Of a stretch of 64,000 nt of DNA, positions 37,901-49,919 are shown piece after piece. Position numbers and translations under genes: made by a program. The stretch lies in NCBI GenBank assembly GCA_965226585.1, contig OZ245366.1, positions 704,001 to 768,000 on the forward strand, given 5' to 3'. Positions within the stretch are counted from its first letter, which is position 1; each line of letters opens with the position of its first letter. The stretch is from Thermodesulfobacteriota bacterium. Lineage in GTDB: Bacteria; Desulfobacterota_D; UBA1144; Nemesobacterales; Mycalebacteriaceae. The notes beneath the pieces were generated by a model. That model was given only the letters and a program-made list of their open reading frames with translations. It did no database searches and had not been told where the DNA came from.

Positions 37901-38713
37901 ATGCCCAAACACCTCCGCATCGCCATCTTAACCCTCCTCCTGCTCATCTCTCTCCCTTCTTCGTCAACTGCCGGCGTATGGCAGGTTTGGCAAACTTATG
38001 GCGATACGCCTTCCACAATCTCTCATAAACCATGGGCAAACTTCCTCAACCGCTATATCTCCTCGCAAAACGGTATCGCGCTTTTTGATTACGGGGGCGT
38101 TTCGGGAGAGGATAAGGCGGCGCTGGATAACTATGTGGCGAAACTCTCAGACGCAGAGGTAACTTCATTTTCGCGTGATGAACAATTTGCCTACTGGATT
38201 AACCTCTATAACGCGCTCACCATTCAACTTGTGCTGGATAACTACCCCGTGCCGTCTATAAAAAATATCTATACAAAACTCGTCAAAATAGGTCCCTGGT
38301 ATAAAAAACTCACCGCCGTTCAAGGCGAAAAAATCTCGCTTAACGATATTGAACACAGGATCCTGCGCCCGATATGGAAAGACCCCCGCGTGCATTACGC
38401 AATCAACTGCGCGTCTATCGGATGCCCGAACCTCACAACCGCCTACACGGTGAAAAATATGGAAAAAATGCTGAACTCCGCCGCCGCAGACTACATCAAC
38501 CACCCGCGCGGCGCAGATGTGCAAAACGGCAAACTCCGCGTGTCGTCAATCTTCAAATGGTTTCAGGAAGACTTCGGCGGCAATGACAAAGGCGTTATCG
38601 CCCACATTAAAAAATACGCCTCGCCGCAACTGCAAAAGAAATTAAAAGGAATTACCAAAATCTCAGGGCATCACTATGATTGGTCGCTGAATGACGCGAA
38701 GCGGGGGGATTGA
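37901..38713 (+). CDS. DUF547 domain exported protein
   Basis: AYWINLYNALTI, SLNDIEH.ILR, DPRVHYAINCASIGCP, YDWSLN. Confidence 0.9.
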   Translation: MPKHLRIAILTLLLLISLPSSSTAGVWQVWQTYGDTPSTISHKPWANFLNRYISSQNGIALFDYGGVSGEDKAALDNYVAKLSDAEVTSFSRDEQFAYWINLYNALTIQLVLDNYPVPSIKNIYTKLVKIGPWYKKLTAVQGEKISLNDIEHRILRPIWKDPRVHYAINCASIGCPNLTTAYTVKNMEKMLNSAAADYINHPRGADVQNGKLRVSSIFKWFQEDFGGNDKGVIAHIKKYASPQLQKKLKGITKISGHHYDWSLNDAKRGD

Positions 38714-38759
38714 TATTTGCGTCCGGCGTTTATAGACTATATTACCGACAGGAGAAAAA

Positions 38760-38969
38760 ATGCAGTTAACAGCAGTCATAACCCCCGCCGATGAAGGCGG
38801 TTTTATAGCGATAAACCCTGAAACCGGAACCCATACACAAGGAGAATCCGTTGAAGAGGCATTGTCAAACCTTCAGGAAGCGACCGAGTTGTATCTGGAA
38901 GAGTTTCCGCTGAAATATCGCGGCAAATCTCTTATGACGACTTTTGAAGTTCAGGCGAATGTCTCCTAA
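38760..38969 (+). CDS. hicB: HicB family antitoxin (short form)
   Basis: TQGESVEEALSNLQEA.ELYLE. Confidence 0.88.
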   Translation: MQLTAVITPADEGGFIAINPETGTHTQGESVEEALSNLQEATELYLEEFPLKYRGKSLMTTFEVQANVS

Positions 38970-39186
38970 ACTCCCCCATCTTTCCGGAAAAGAAATTGTA
39001 AAGACCCTTGAAGATTTGGGCTTTGTTGTTGCCCGAAGAAAGGGCAGTCATATAGTCTTGCGCCGCGGCTCACGCGGTTGTGTTATTCCAAATCACAAGG
39101 AAGTTAAAACCGGAACGCTTGCCGGTCTGTTAAGGCAGGCAGGCGTTGATAATGAGGACTTTCTGAAAGCGAGAAAGAAAGGGTAA
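38959..39186 (+). CDS. hicA: HicA family toxin
   Basis: GF...RRKGSH, VIPNHKEVK.GTL. Confidence 0.9.
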   Translation: MSPKLPHLSGKEIVKTLEDLGFVVARRKGSHIVLRRGSRGCVIPNHKEVKTGTLAGLLRQAGVDNEDFLKARKKG

Positions 39187-39207
39187 TGCCCCTTTCTTTC
39201 TCCTCAA

Positions 39208-40950
39208 TCAAAGAAGGTCAAACACGGGAAGCGTGTAGCCGATGCTGATGGTGAACCGGTTCCCGCTGGCGTCTGATGTTCTGTTGTTGGGGGCTGTGCC
39301 GGGGTCGTAAAAGTTCGGCTCTTCCCCGTAATCAACATACTGCCAACTGATTTGGGTGAAGAAATTGTCAATCGCCGCCGTTTTCAAACCTAATCCGAAT
39401 ATGTAGCCGGTGTAAGTCTGGTCATCCGGGACTGTACCGGCGGGCGCGCCGTTGTCCACCAAACGGGTAACATCCCAGTCTGCGCGAGTCCAGCCGGACT
39501 CAACATAGAACATTGAGGTATTTCCCAGTTTGTAGCCAAGCAAACCCGTAACGAAAATCTCGCTGTTCTGCTCTATCTTGGTGTTAAATCCAATCGTCTT
39601 TTCATATTCAAATCCGCCGAGTTGATACCCTCCGTTCACACCGGCAACAAAGTCGCCGTAAAGAACATAGTCAAACCCGACGAAACCTTGCCCGTCCCAT
39701 CCCTCAATGGAGAGTTCTTCGCTTTCGTTCTTGCTTGGTCTCTCATAAACCCATGTGCCCGCGGCGCGTCCGCCGCCAATTCCGATTGAAAGACCGTGCT
39801 TGAGTTTGTTGACATTATTGCGGACTGCCTCCCCCCTCGCGCTTCCAAACTGGTAGGTGAGCCCAACGCTGAACTGGTCGTGGGTGATGTCTATCTCATC
39901 GGGAATGAGGGCGATTGTAACTTCGTGTGTCGGGCTGGATAAGGAGCGGTCGCAGGCTACTCCCTCAATTCTTCCTCCGATTGATCTGAAGTTGCAGGCA
40001 AATTCAGAGTTGGTGAAATAATCCCTCATTTTGAAAGAGGAGTAGCGGTTGTGGATGAAGTCCAGCCGCAGTGAAAGCCCGCCCCACAGCGCGGTCTCCT
40101 GACCAATACCGAACTGAAAACCGTTCACTCCTGTACTGACAGTAGACATTGTTCTGCCGCAATCAAGAAGGGTGTTTCCCCCTTCGCCTCCCACAGGCGG
40201 CAGGTTATCACCCGCCGCATTCACACTGCCACAGTTCGGCAATCCGAACAATTCCCCGTAGCCGTTAGATGTGTCCGGGGCGGCAATCCACCAATCAGTC
40301 CTGTTTGCTATTGGGGCATCAAGAGGCAGCCCTGAGTAGTTCACTGCGTATTCCGCCCTTGTATATCCGACCCGCAGGAAAAGCAGGTCGGTCTGATTCA
40401 GAAGGAAACCGCCGATGACCGAAGCGCCGTATTCAGCGCTTTCGCGTTCAAGCCGTATGCCAACGTATCTGCCGTCTCTGCGGGCGTTGGATTTTACATC
40501 CCCGACAGAGACGTGCGCCTCCGCGCCCACAACAAATTTTTCCGCAAGTGTGTATCTGTATCCGCCATAACCCCTGAACTCAACCGCGCTATCGGCATAA
40601 CCTTCCTCATCTCCATCTACTGCTTCATAACATCCGTCCTGATCGCTTATTGTGCCATCCTCGTTGAGGTCATAGCCATCAGTGATTACGTTATTGCTAG
40701 CGTCTAATACTCTCCTTTCACAAATGAAACCGAACTTTCGAGAGGTGGACCCCGCATCACGTATCATCTGGTGCGCCGCCGCATCGGAAATCACATTTCT
40801 CAAGGCGTGGGAAACTCCCAAGCCGACACTGCCGCCGATGTAAGGACCGTGAAATAACTTGCCCGCTTCCGCGTTTGCGGCCGGCATATGGACTGACTGA
40901 ATCAGAAATATCGCAAAGAAAGATATGAAGAAAGTTAAAATCGCTCTCAT
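39208..40950 (-). CDS. Outer membrane protein with two tandem 8-stranded beta-barrel-like domains
   Basis: Signal peptide, FHGPYIGG..G start, first barrel ending VGLTYQF, second ending ISIGYTL; GGAGG RBS. Confidence 0.7.
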   Translation of the reverse strand: MRAILTFFISFFAIFLIQSVHMPAANAEAGKLFHGPYIGGSVGLGVSHALRNVISDAAAHQMIRDAGSTSRKFGFICERRVLDASNNVITDGYDLNEDGTISDQDGCYEAVDGDEEGYADSAVEFRGYGGYRYTLAEKFVVGAEAHVSVGDVKSNARRDGRYVGIRLERESAEYGASVIGGFLLNQTDLLFLRVGYTRAEYAVNYSGLPLDAPIANRTDWWIAAPDTSNGYGELFGLPNCGSVNAAGDNLPPVGGEGGNTLLDCGRTMSTVSTGVNGFQFGIGQETALWGGLSLRLDFIHNRYSSFKMRDYFTNSEFACNFRSIGGRIEGVACDRSLSSPTHEVTIALIPDEIDITHDQFSVGLTYQFGSARGEAVRNNVNKLKHGLSIGIGGGRAAGTWVYERPSKNESEELSIEGWDGQGFVGFDYVLYGDFVAGVNGGYQLGGFEYEKTIGFNTKIEQNSEIFVTGLLGYKLGNTSMFYVESGWTRADWDVTRLVDNGAPAGTVPDDQTYTGYIFGLGLKTAAIDNFFTQISWQYVDYGEEPNFYDPGTAPNNRTSDASGNRFTISIGYTLPVFDLL

Positions 40951-41030
40951 GGCATTAAGACCTCCGGTGTGCAAAATCACCGCCACAACTCTAACCTTTA
41001 TCACCGCTTTATGTCAAACTGCTCCCCCCC

Positions 41031-41058
41031 TTGACACTCTCAACAGCCCTGATAGAAT
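41031..41058 (+). promoter_or_regulatory. rRNA promoter
   Basis: TTGACA(41031-41036)-16 nt-TAGAAT(41053-41058) followed by a GC-rich stretch. Confidence 0.8.
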
Positions 41059-41092
41059 GTGCGTTCCCTTCCGCGCCAAGTTGTGCGGGAGT

Positions 41093-41105
41093 TGTTCTTT
41101 GACAA
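41093..41105 (+). promoter_or_regulatory. rRNA antitermination boxA
   Basis: TGTTCTTTGACAA versus consensus TGCTCTTTAACA, preceded by a small hairpin. Confidence 0.75.
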
Positions 41106-41171
41106 CTGAATACATAGCTGAGCGAATAAGAAACAACGCGCCATCTTGTTTCGAGTGTTTTTATGCCTCGT

Positions 41172-44196
<3,025 letters not shown>

Positions 44197-44286
44197 CGAG
44201 GCTTGAAACCACTTGAAAAGATGGACGTTGTTTCTTATTCGTATTAGTTATGTGTTTGGGTTGTTGTTTTTTACGAGTGAAAGAAC

Positions 44287-44766
44287 ATGGACAGTAACAA
44301 CTCTTTAATAGTAGTAATTGTTGTTGGCGTGTTTTTGCTTGTCGTTTACAACAGATTACTGAAATACAAGCTTCACAAAAAAGTAGTTTCCCTAATTAAA
44401 AAGTGGAAACCCAAAGGTTTGAATACGGAGAAAGAGTATGAGAACTCTCTGTATAAGTACCTGCACGAAAACCTACAAGAGCAGATAACCAAGCAGTATT
44501 CATTAGGGCGTACAAGTGCAGACATTGTTGTAGGCGATAAAGTGCTTATAGAAATAAAGCACAATCTTCATAGCACAAGTCAGTTTCAGAGGTTGAGAGG
44601 ACAGTTGCAAGACTATATGGATAAGTGGAAGGGAACTTTAGTTTTATTGTTGTGTGGTGATACAGAACCTAACATCAAAAAAGACATTGAATCCTACGTG
44701 CAAAAGGTGATTAAAGAAGATGGGTTGGGCGAAAGTAAAAAACTTGATTTGCTACACAAAAAATAG
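44287..44766 (+). CDS. Membrane-anchored PD-(D/E)XK nuclease-like protein
   Basis: N-terminal TM helix; E...ADIVV....IEIK...GQL..Y pattern; low GC. Confidence 0.55.
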   Translation: MDSNNSLIVVIVVGVFLLVVYNRLLKYKLHKKVVSLIKKWKPKGLNTEKEYENSLYKYLHENLQEQITKQYSLGRTSADIVVGDKVLIEIKHNLHSTSQFQRLRGQLQDYMDKWKGTLVLLLCGDTEPNIKKDIESYVQKVIKEDGLGESKKLDLLHKK

Positions 44767-44888
44767 ACTTTTCCCAGCGAAAACACTCTTCTCTGTAGGA
44801 GCATTTATAAGAAGGTCAGGCTTGTTTTTCTTCCAATCAGTAGTGATTTGAAACAACTGGAATAGAATGTAAATTACGGAATATCTCC

Positions 44889-45266
44889 TTGAAAAACTGG
44901 TTCAACAAAATTCGGAATACAACCCTCATTTGGGGTTTGGGTGTATTTCTTATCGGGGTGAGAGGACTTCCATTTTTCTATGAGTTGGGAGTCGGCTTTT
45001 TCATAGCGTGGTTGCTTCGCCGCAGAACTGTTGCCGTTTCGCTTGTGAGCCTGCTTTTAGTGGGTCTTATTTTATTTTTCGTGTTTGCCATCTCGGTGTG
45101 TGTTGATGTTTGCGGAATGGATTTCAACTCTGCGGCATTTGATGGTGCGTTGAAAACAAGCATTGAATCAAAATTGTCCGCGAAGGCTCTTAACTCTTTT
45201 ATTGCCCTTGTCATAAGCATTGTAATCACTTCTCTGCTATTGCGGCGGTTTTCAAAGTCTGATTAA
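44889..45266 (+). CDS. Hypothetical membrane protein
   Basis: Several hydrophobic segments; low GC. Confidence 0.5.
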   Translation: MKNWFNKIRNTTLIWGLGVFLIGVRGLPFFYELGVGFFIAWLLRRRTVAVSLVSLLLVGLILFFVFAISVCVDVCGMDFNSAAFDGALKTSIESKLSAKALNSFIALVISIVITSLLLRRFSKSD

Positions 45267-45288
45267 GGTAATCCCGATAGAGAGTTCC

Positions 45289-46041
45289 ATGACACGGAAA
45301 CTGACGCTTATTATTTTCCCCGTGCTTTTCCTGCTTTTCAGCGGAGTCAAAACCGCTTGCGCCGACTGGGAGACTGTCTCCGTCAAGTCCAACCTGTTTG
45401 TGGACAGGGGGAATTTTGAAAGAACCGAATTCGGGGGCGAAGCCAAAATCAGCGGCAAATTTGTTACGGAAGGCAATTCACTGCTGACCGCAAAAATTGA
45501 TCTGGATAAGTTTGAAGGCGAAAATAAGTTCAGCGAGGAATGGAAAATAGATCTGTCACAACAAATTTTGTCCGAAGGCACATGGAATGTTCTTTTCGGT
45601 TCCTTCATAGAGGCGGATGACAGGGGCTTGCTGGACAGTAGATATGGTTTCGGGCTTGGCGGCACAAGGAAATTCAGCGCGCCGTCATTCTTTGACACCT
45701 TTCCCGCCATTGATGTTTTCTACGAAAGGGAAAATAGAAAATTTGAATCGCCGGATGGGCATATCGCCATTCGCCTTGCTCTTGAAATCAAACCCGCGCC
45801 GGAGAGAAACAAATTGCCCGTAAATCCGTCTTTCAAAACATCTCTTGTTGTCCCCCTGCACGAAACGGACGACTGGCGCAGTGAAAATGAGTTCTTCATT
45901 GAGCACCCGCTCAAAGCCGGTTTTTCGTTAAACATCGGATTTTCCCTGAAACACCAAAACAGACCCACCATAGGCAACAAAAAAAGCGATTCCTCTCTAA
46001 AGATTGGACTTGGTTTTACTAAACAAAGAAAAGAAATTTGA
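45289..46041 (+). CDS. DUF481/YdiY-like outer membrane beta-barrel
   Basis: Signal peptide, RGN, LDSRYGFGLG, alternating beta-strand pattern. Confidence 0.6.
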   Translation: MTRKLTLIIFPVLFLLFSGVKTACADWETVSVKSNLFVDRGNFERTEFGGEAKISGKFVTEGNSLLTAKIDLDKFEGENKFSEEWKIDLSQQILSEGTWNVLFGSFIEADDRGLLDSRYGFGLGGTRKFSAPSFFDTFPAIDVFYERENRKFESPDGHIAIRLALEIKPAPERNKLPVNPSFKTSLVVPLHETDDWRSENEFFIEHPLKAGFSLNIGFSLKHQNRPTIGNKKSDSSLKIGLGFTKQRKEI

Positions 46042-46107
46042 TGTGATTCTCACCCCGCAACGACTCAAACGCTTGAAATCAAAGCTCGCGTAGAGGAACC
46101 GGCACCC

Positions 46108-48087
46108 CTACCTCTTGCCCGCAGTCTTAAACCTGAAATTCCTATCCGGGCTCAGGAACGGTCTTGTTTCCATATTTAATTTATAATTCTGCGGGTGCAT
46201 CTCTATTAAATTCTCGTGCAGGATTGTGCTTACCGTCAGTGCCATTTGCAGTTCGGCGAAACCGGAGCCGAGGCATTTGTGGGTGCCCACTCCGAAAGGG
46301 GCGTATGCCATCTGTTTGTGCTCCGCGCGTTCGGGGGTGTAGCGGTCAATGTCAAAACGGTCGGGGTCGGGGAAATGTTCGGGCAGACGGTGCGTGGCGG
46401 ACAATGCCAGAAAAACTTCCTCTCCAACTGAAACATGGTACCCATTAAAATCAAACGAATTCTGAACCGCGCGCACGACTCCGGGCACGGTTGTGTGCAT
46501 GCGCAAAGTCTCCATCATCACGCGGCGGAGAACGTTCATCTCGCGCAATTTCTGCGCGGTTGGCATTCCGTCCGCAAATAAATCATCCGCCTCGGCGCGC
46601 ACTTTTTCCATTAAATCGGGCTGGGAAAGAATCATATACATCAGCGATGTGCATTGGCGCGCCGCCGTGTCAAGACCCGCTCCAAACGGCAGCATCACAT
46701 TAATCAGCAAATCAGACTCCGGCAGAAAAGTGGGGTCTTCCTCGTTCAGGGCAAGCATATCGTCAATAATGTTCACCTTGTGCCCGTCCGCGTCTTCCGG
46801 CTTGGGCGTGTCGTGATGGAGATAGTCTTCGTCAAGAATATTCTCTTCATGCTTGGCGCGGCGCAGTTTGTGGGTTTCCAGCACTTTGTTAAAAAACTCG
46901 TGCGACCGCTCCCTCGCGCGCTTGAACTTTGGAAACCTTTTAATAATCCGCGGCGACCGGTCGGTAATATCAATCGTCAGCAGCGTGCTCATATAGTAAA
47001 TAACGTCCTCAAGATAATCGCCCATTGTTGTGTCAGTCGTAAGCAGGGAAATTTGTTCGGTGATTATTTTCTGCATTTCGTGACGCGCGTGAAACGGTTT
47101 ATCCACAGGCCATTGCTCCATTTTCCGGCGCACCACATCTACAACCCTGTTGATGTTTTTACTGACTGTCGTCCGCGAAAATCCGTTCAATTGAGCGCGG
47201 CGCAGGCGCAGATGGTCGGGACCGTCCATGCCGAACAGAAAACACTCTTTCTGCGCTTTCATCTCTCTGAAAACCCCCGCCCACCGTTCACGCGGCGACA
47301 AATGGTTGTGCCCGTGGTTCTGCATAAAATAATTGGCGTCCTCCCCCGCGAGAACAACAAGACTGCGCTTGCCCACCAGATTTACGCGGAAGATACTGCC
47401 GAATTTCTCATACTGATTTACAAAAAACGAAGTATATTCCCTCAGCATTTCAACGGCGTTGCCGATAACGGGAAGACCTTTTACAACCGGAATTTCCTTA
47501 TGCGGTTTAAGGAGCAGTTCGCTAACTTTAATAATTTGCCCGACCGCCCATCCTACGGGTCTTTGCGAAGAAATAAAGTTTATTCTGTCTTTTCTCTCCC
47601 TCATTTCGCGCTCGGAAATAATATTCATAATTATTTCGCAGTCGCTCGTAAGGCTGATAAGCGCGATGCCCATTCTGCTCGGATGCTCGCTGTCCAGCGT
47701 TTCCAGAATGTCCGTTTTCATTTCCTCAAATATTTCTTTTTTCGCCTCAATCGCCTTTTTTTCTTTCAGCCGAGCAACCGCTTTTTTGAAAATAAAATCT
47801 CCTCTCTCAAGGGCGATGTCCCTCAGCATTATGAACAACATTCCCTCGTCCCGTTTTTCAATTTCCGTCAAATCTTCCAGAACGGGGTCAAGGATGTCGT
47901 CGCCAAGCGGAGCCGAATCATCCACCGTGAATTTATCGCGGTTTGCCTTAACGCGCCCCGCCATTTGCAGGTCTATCATTGCCGCGCCCGCAAGTACCAT
48001 GTGCGCCGCCTGTTTGCGGATTCGGAAGCCGCCCGTTTCCTCATCAAGAAGGCTGAGCGTAATTTTTTCGGTGATGTTAAGGTCCAA
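46108..48087 (-). CDS. Cytochrome P450 with N-terminal GPP34/GOLPH3-like domain
   Basis: N-term ITE.I.L.LLDEETG, LAGA.MIDL...GR, GDDILD.VL; P450 AGLDT, ETLR, FDIDR, FGVGTHKCLG; probable TTG start at 48087. Confidence 0.88.
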   Translation of the reverse strand: MDLNITEKITLSLLDEETGGFRIRKQAAHMVLAGAAMIDLQMAGRVKANRDKFTVDDSAPLGDDILDPVLEDLTEIEKRDEGMLFIMLRDIALERGDFIFKKAVARLKEKKAIEAKKEIFEEMKTDILETLDSEHPSRMGIALISLTSDCEIIMNIISEREMRERKDRINFISSQRPVGWAVGQIIKVSELLLKPHKEIPVVKGLPVIGNAVEMLREYTSFFVNQYEKFGSIFRVNLVGKRSLVVLAGEDANYFMQNHGHNHLSPRERWAGVFREMKAQKECFLFGMDGPDHLRLRRAQLNGFSRTTVSKNINRVVDVVRRKMEQWPVDKPFHARHEMQKIITEQISLLTTDTTMGDYLEDVIYYMSTLLTIDITDRSPRIIKRFPKFKRARERSHEFFNKVLETHKLRRAKHEENILDEDYLHHDTPKPEDADGHKVNIIDDMLALNEEDPTFLPESDLLINVMLPFGAGLDTAARQCTSLMYMILSQPDLMEKVRAEADDLFADGMPTAQKLREMNVLRRVMMETLRMHTTVPGVVRAVQNSFDFNGYHVSVGEEVFLALSATHRLPEHFPDPDRFDIDRYTPERAEHKQMAYAPFGVGTHKCLGSGFAELQMALTVSTILHENLIEMHPQNYKLNMETRPFLSPDRNFRFKTAGKR

Positions 48088-48104
48088 CTGTTTTTCTTCC
48101 CGTC

Positions 48105-49235
48105 TCACGGCAGAACCTTCAAACCGTCCGGCGCTTCGTAACCCCATGCGTCCAGAGTAAAACGGAACTCCCTGTCAACCCTCTCGGCATCAGACTGTTT
48201 CATGCTGAGTTCGTTCTTTTTATATCCTGAAATTGACCCCAGATATTCCCTCGCGTGGGGCATTGCGGTTTCCCATCCGGGCAGTGAGAGGTCTGAATAA
48301 ATGCGTTCCAATTCGGCAAGCGGTTCTTTTTCAAGATTTTCAAAACGCACTTCGGTAAAATTGCCCTCAGGAATAAGAGACCTTTCCTCCATATACCGCC
48401 CCATCGCCGCCTTGTAAATATGAAACACATCGTCCGCCATTGCCTCAATATCCACCGATTGAAGTTGATACAAAGGGATCATTTTTCTGTAAAGGTGCAT
48501 CATTGATTGAAAAACCTCATACGGATTGCGGACGATATGGATAAACTTCGCGTCCGGAAAAAGGCGCAGAAGATGAGAGATTCGCCCCGTGTTTGTGGGG
48601 CTTTTCATCACAAGCCGCAAGCCGCCGTTGTCAAATGTCGCTTTTTTCGCAATTTCCGTAAAAACGCCGTCCCATGTTTTTAAATCTTCATCAGATATTC
48701 CGTCCATCATCGCGTATTTTTCAAAATATTCCCTCAATTTTTGTGGAAACGAAAAATGGTGCATAAATGAAACATGGCAACTGTTGGCAATCGCCACCTC
48801 TTCCTCCTGCGGTGTGTCTGCGGAAAGGCGCACATTATCCATCGGTCTAGTCGGTTCCATTTTTTTTGACAATTCTTTTTTCAAAAAACCGCCGCCCGAG
48901 AGGAATACGGTCGGCATATACGCCTGAAAATTGGAAACCGCGCCGAACTCCGGGTTGGTGGTCATTAAATTGTGCAGATGTGTTGTGCCGCTTCGCGCGA
49001 ATCCGACAATAAAAACGGGCGGTTTTTCTATCCGTGTCCGTTCAAGCGCTTTTCCGTATCGCACTTTTTCCGCAAGGCGGAGCGGCAGGGCCATCAAAGA
49101 AACAACCAGAATTCTCGCAACTTTCCTCATATAAGGGCGCGACACACCGCCGTTTTCCCAAAGCAGCCGCGCCCACGTTTCAAGCGGCGCCATTGTGAGC
49201 ATGTGAGGTTCGTTTTTTTTGCTGTCTTTTTTCAT
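48105..49235 (-). CDS. PAPS-dependent sulfotransferase (Stf3-like)
   Basis: PVFIVGFARSGTTHLHNL, RPMDN, PQEEE, KSP, FIHIVRNPYEVFQS. Confidence 0.88.
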   Translation of the reverse strand: MKKDSKKNEPHMLTMAPLETWARLLWENGGVSRPYMRKVARILVVSLMALPLRLAEKVRYGKALERTRIEKPPVFIVGFARSGTTHLHNLMTTNPEFGAVSNFQAYMPTVFLSGGGFLKKELSKKMEPTRPMDNVRLSADTPQEEEVAIANSCHVSFMHHFSFPQKLREYFEKYAMMDGISDEDLKTWDGVFTEIAKKATFDNGGLRLVMKSPTNTGRISHLLRLFPDAKFIHIVRNPYEVFQSMMHLYRKMIPLYQLQSVDIEAMADDVFHIYKAAMGRYMEERSLIPEGNFTEVRFENLEKEPLAELERIYSDLSLPGWETAMPHAREYLGSISGYKKNELSMKQSDAERVDREFRFTLDAWGYEAPDGLKVLP

Positions 49236-49411
49236 CGGCATACCTCCGGAAAAGTTTGTATTCCTAACTGTACAAGTATAATCCCTTTCAGCAAATTTTC
49301 CTGTTTCCGTCCGCAAGTCCCGCGCTTGATGCGGAATCCGGTATATCTGTTTGAGCTAATTCCGCTTTTGTGTTAAAACTAAATATCTAAACATCAGGAG
49401 GTTTTACTGTT

Positions 49412-49561
49412 ATGGGTAAATCAAGCGGTAAAGGCGGCGGAAGCAAAGGCGGAAGCGGCAAAAGTAGTGGAAGCAAGGGCGGCGGCAAAGCGGGTTGGCC
49501 CGCCAAGAGCGGTGGCAAAAGCGGCGGCGGTCGCGGCAACAATCCGCCGAAAGGTAAATAA
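49412..49561 (+). CDS. 49-aa Gly/Lys/Ser-rich small protein (absent from ORF track)
   Basis: AGGAGG RBS; MGKSSGKGGGSKGGSGKSSGSKGGGKAGWPAKSGGKSGGGRGNNPPKGK. Confidence 0.7.
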   Translation: MGKSSGKGGGSKGGSGKSSGSKGGGKAGWPAKSGGKSGGGRGNNPPKGK

Positions 49562-49658
49562 GTATCCATTTCTGGCGGGGTAGAGGGGCGAAGCCCTGAG
49601 GATGTGCTGTTTTCGTGGCTATTGGAGCAATTGATGTGCTCATAGAAGCAATAAGGGA

Positions 49659-49919
49659 ATGGTGGAAAAAGAAGAAAGAAGAATGAAACTCCTTTTACAC
49701 CTGTTTGAGTTTTGTCTGTTTGTGCTTCTTTTTCCCTTGTATTTTTTCTGGAACATACTCCGGGGCATACTTGGATTGTATAGCGAAGAAGAGATAGACA
49801 AGGGAACGGCGTATTATCTCCGCCGCCATAAAAGACCCCTTACAAAAGACACTTGGGAAGAAGTTGACGGAGATACGAAAAGCGATGAATACCACCGAGA
49901 ACACTACTGCGATGATTAA
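49659..49919 (+). CDS. Hypothetical small membrane protein
   Basis: One TM helix; abuts the next ORF. Confidence 0.45.
   Translation: MVEKEERRMKLLLHLFEFCLFVLLFPLYFFWNILRGILGLYSEEEIDKGTAYYLRRHKRPLTKDTWEEVDGDTKSDEYHREHYCDD

Noticed and set aside
46654..48141. 495-aa plus-strand ORF
   Set aside because: Antisense shadow of the P450 gene with no recognisable motifs
49387..49569. Pro/Leu-rich 60-aa minus-strand ORF
   Set aside because: Reverse-complement of the Gly/Lys-rich ORF, which has the strong RBS
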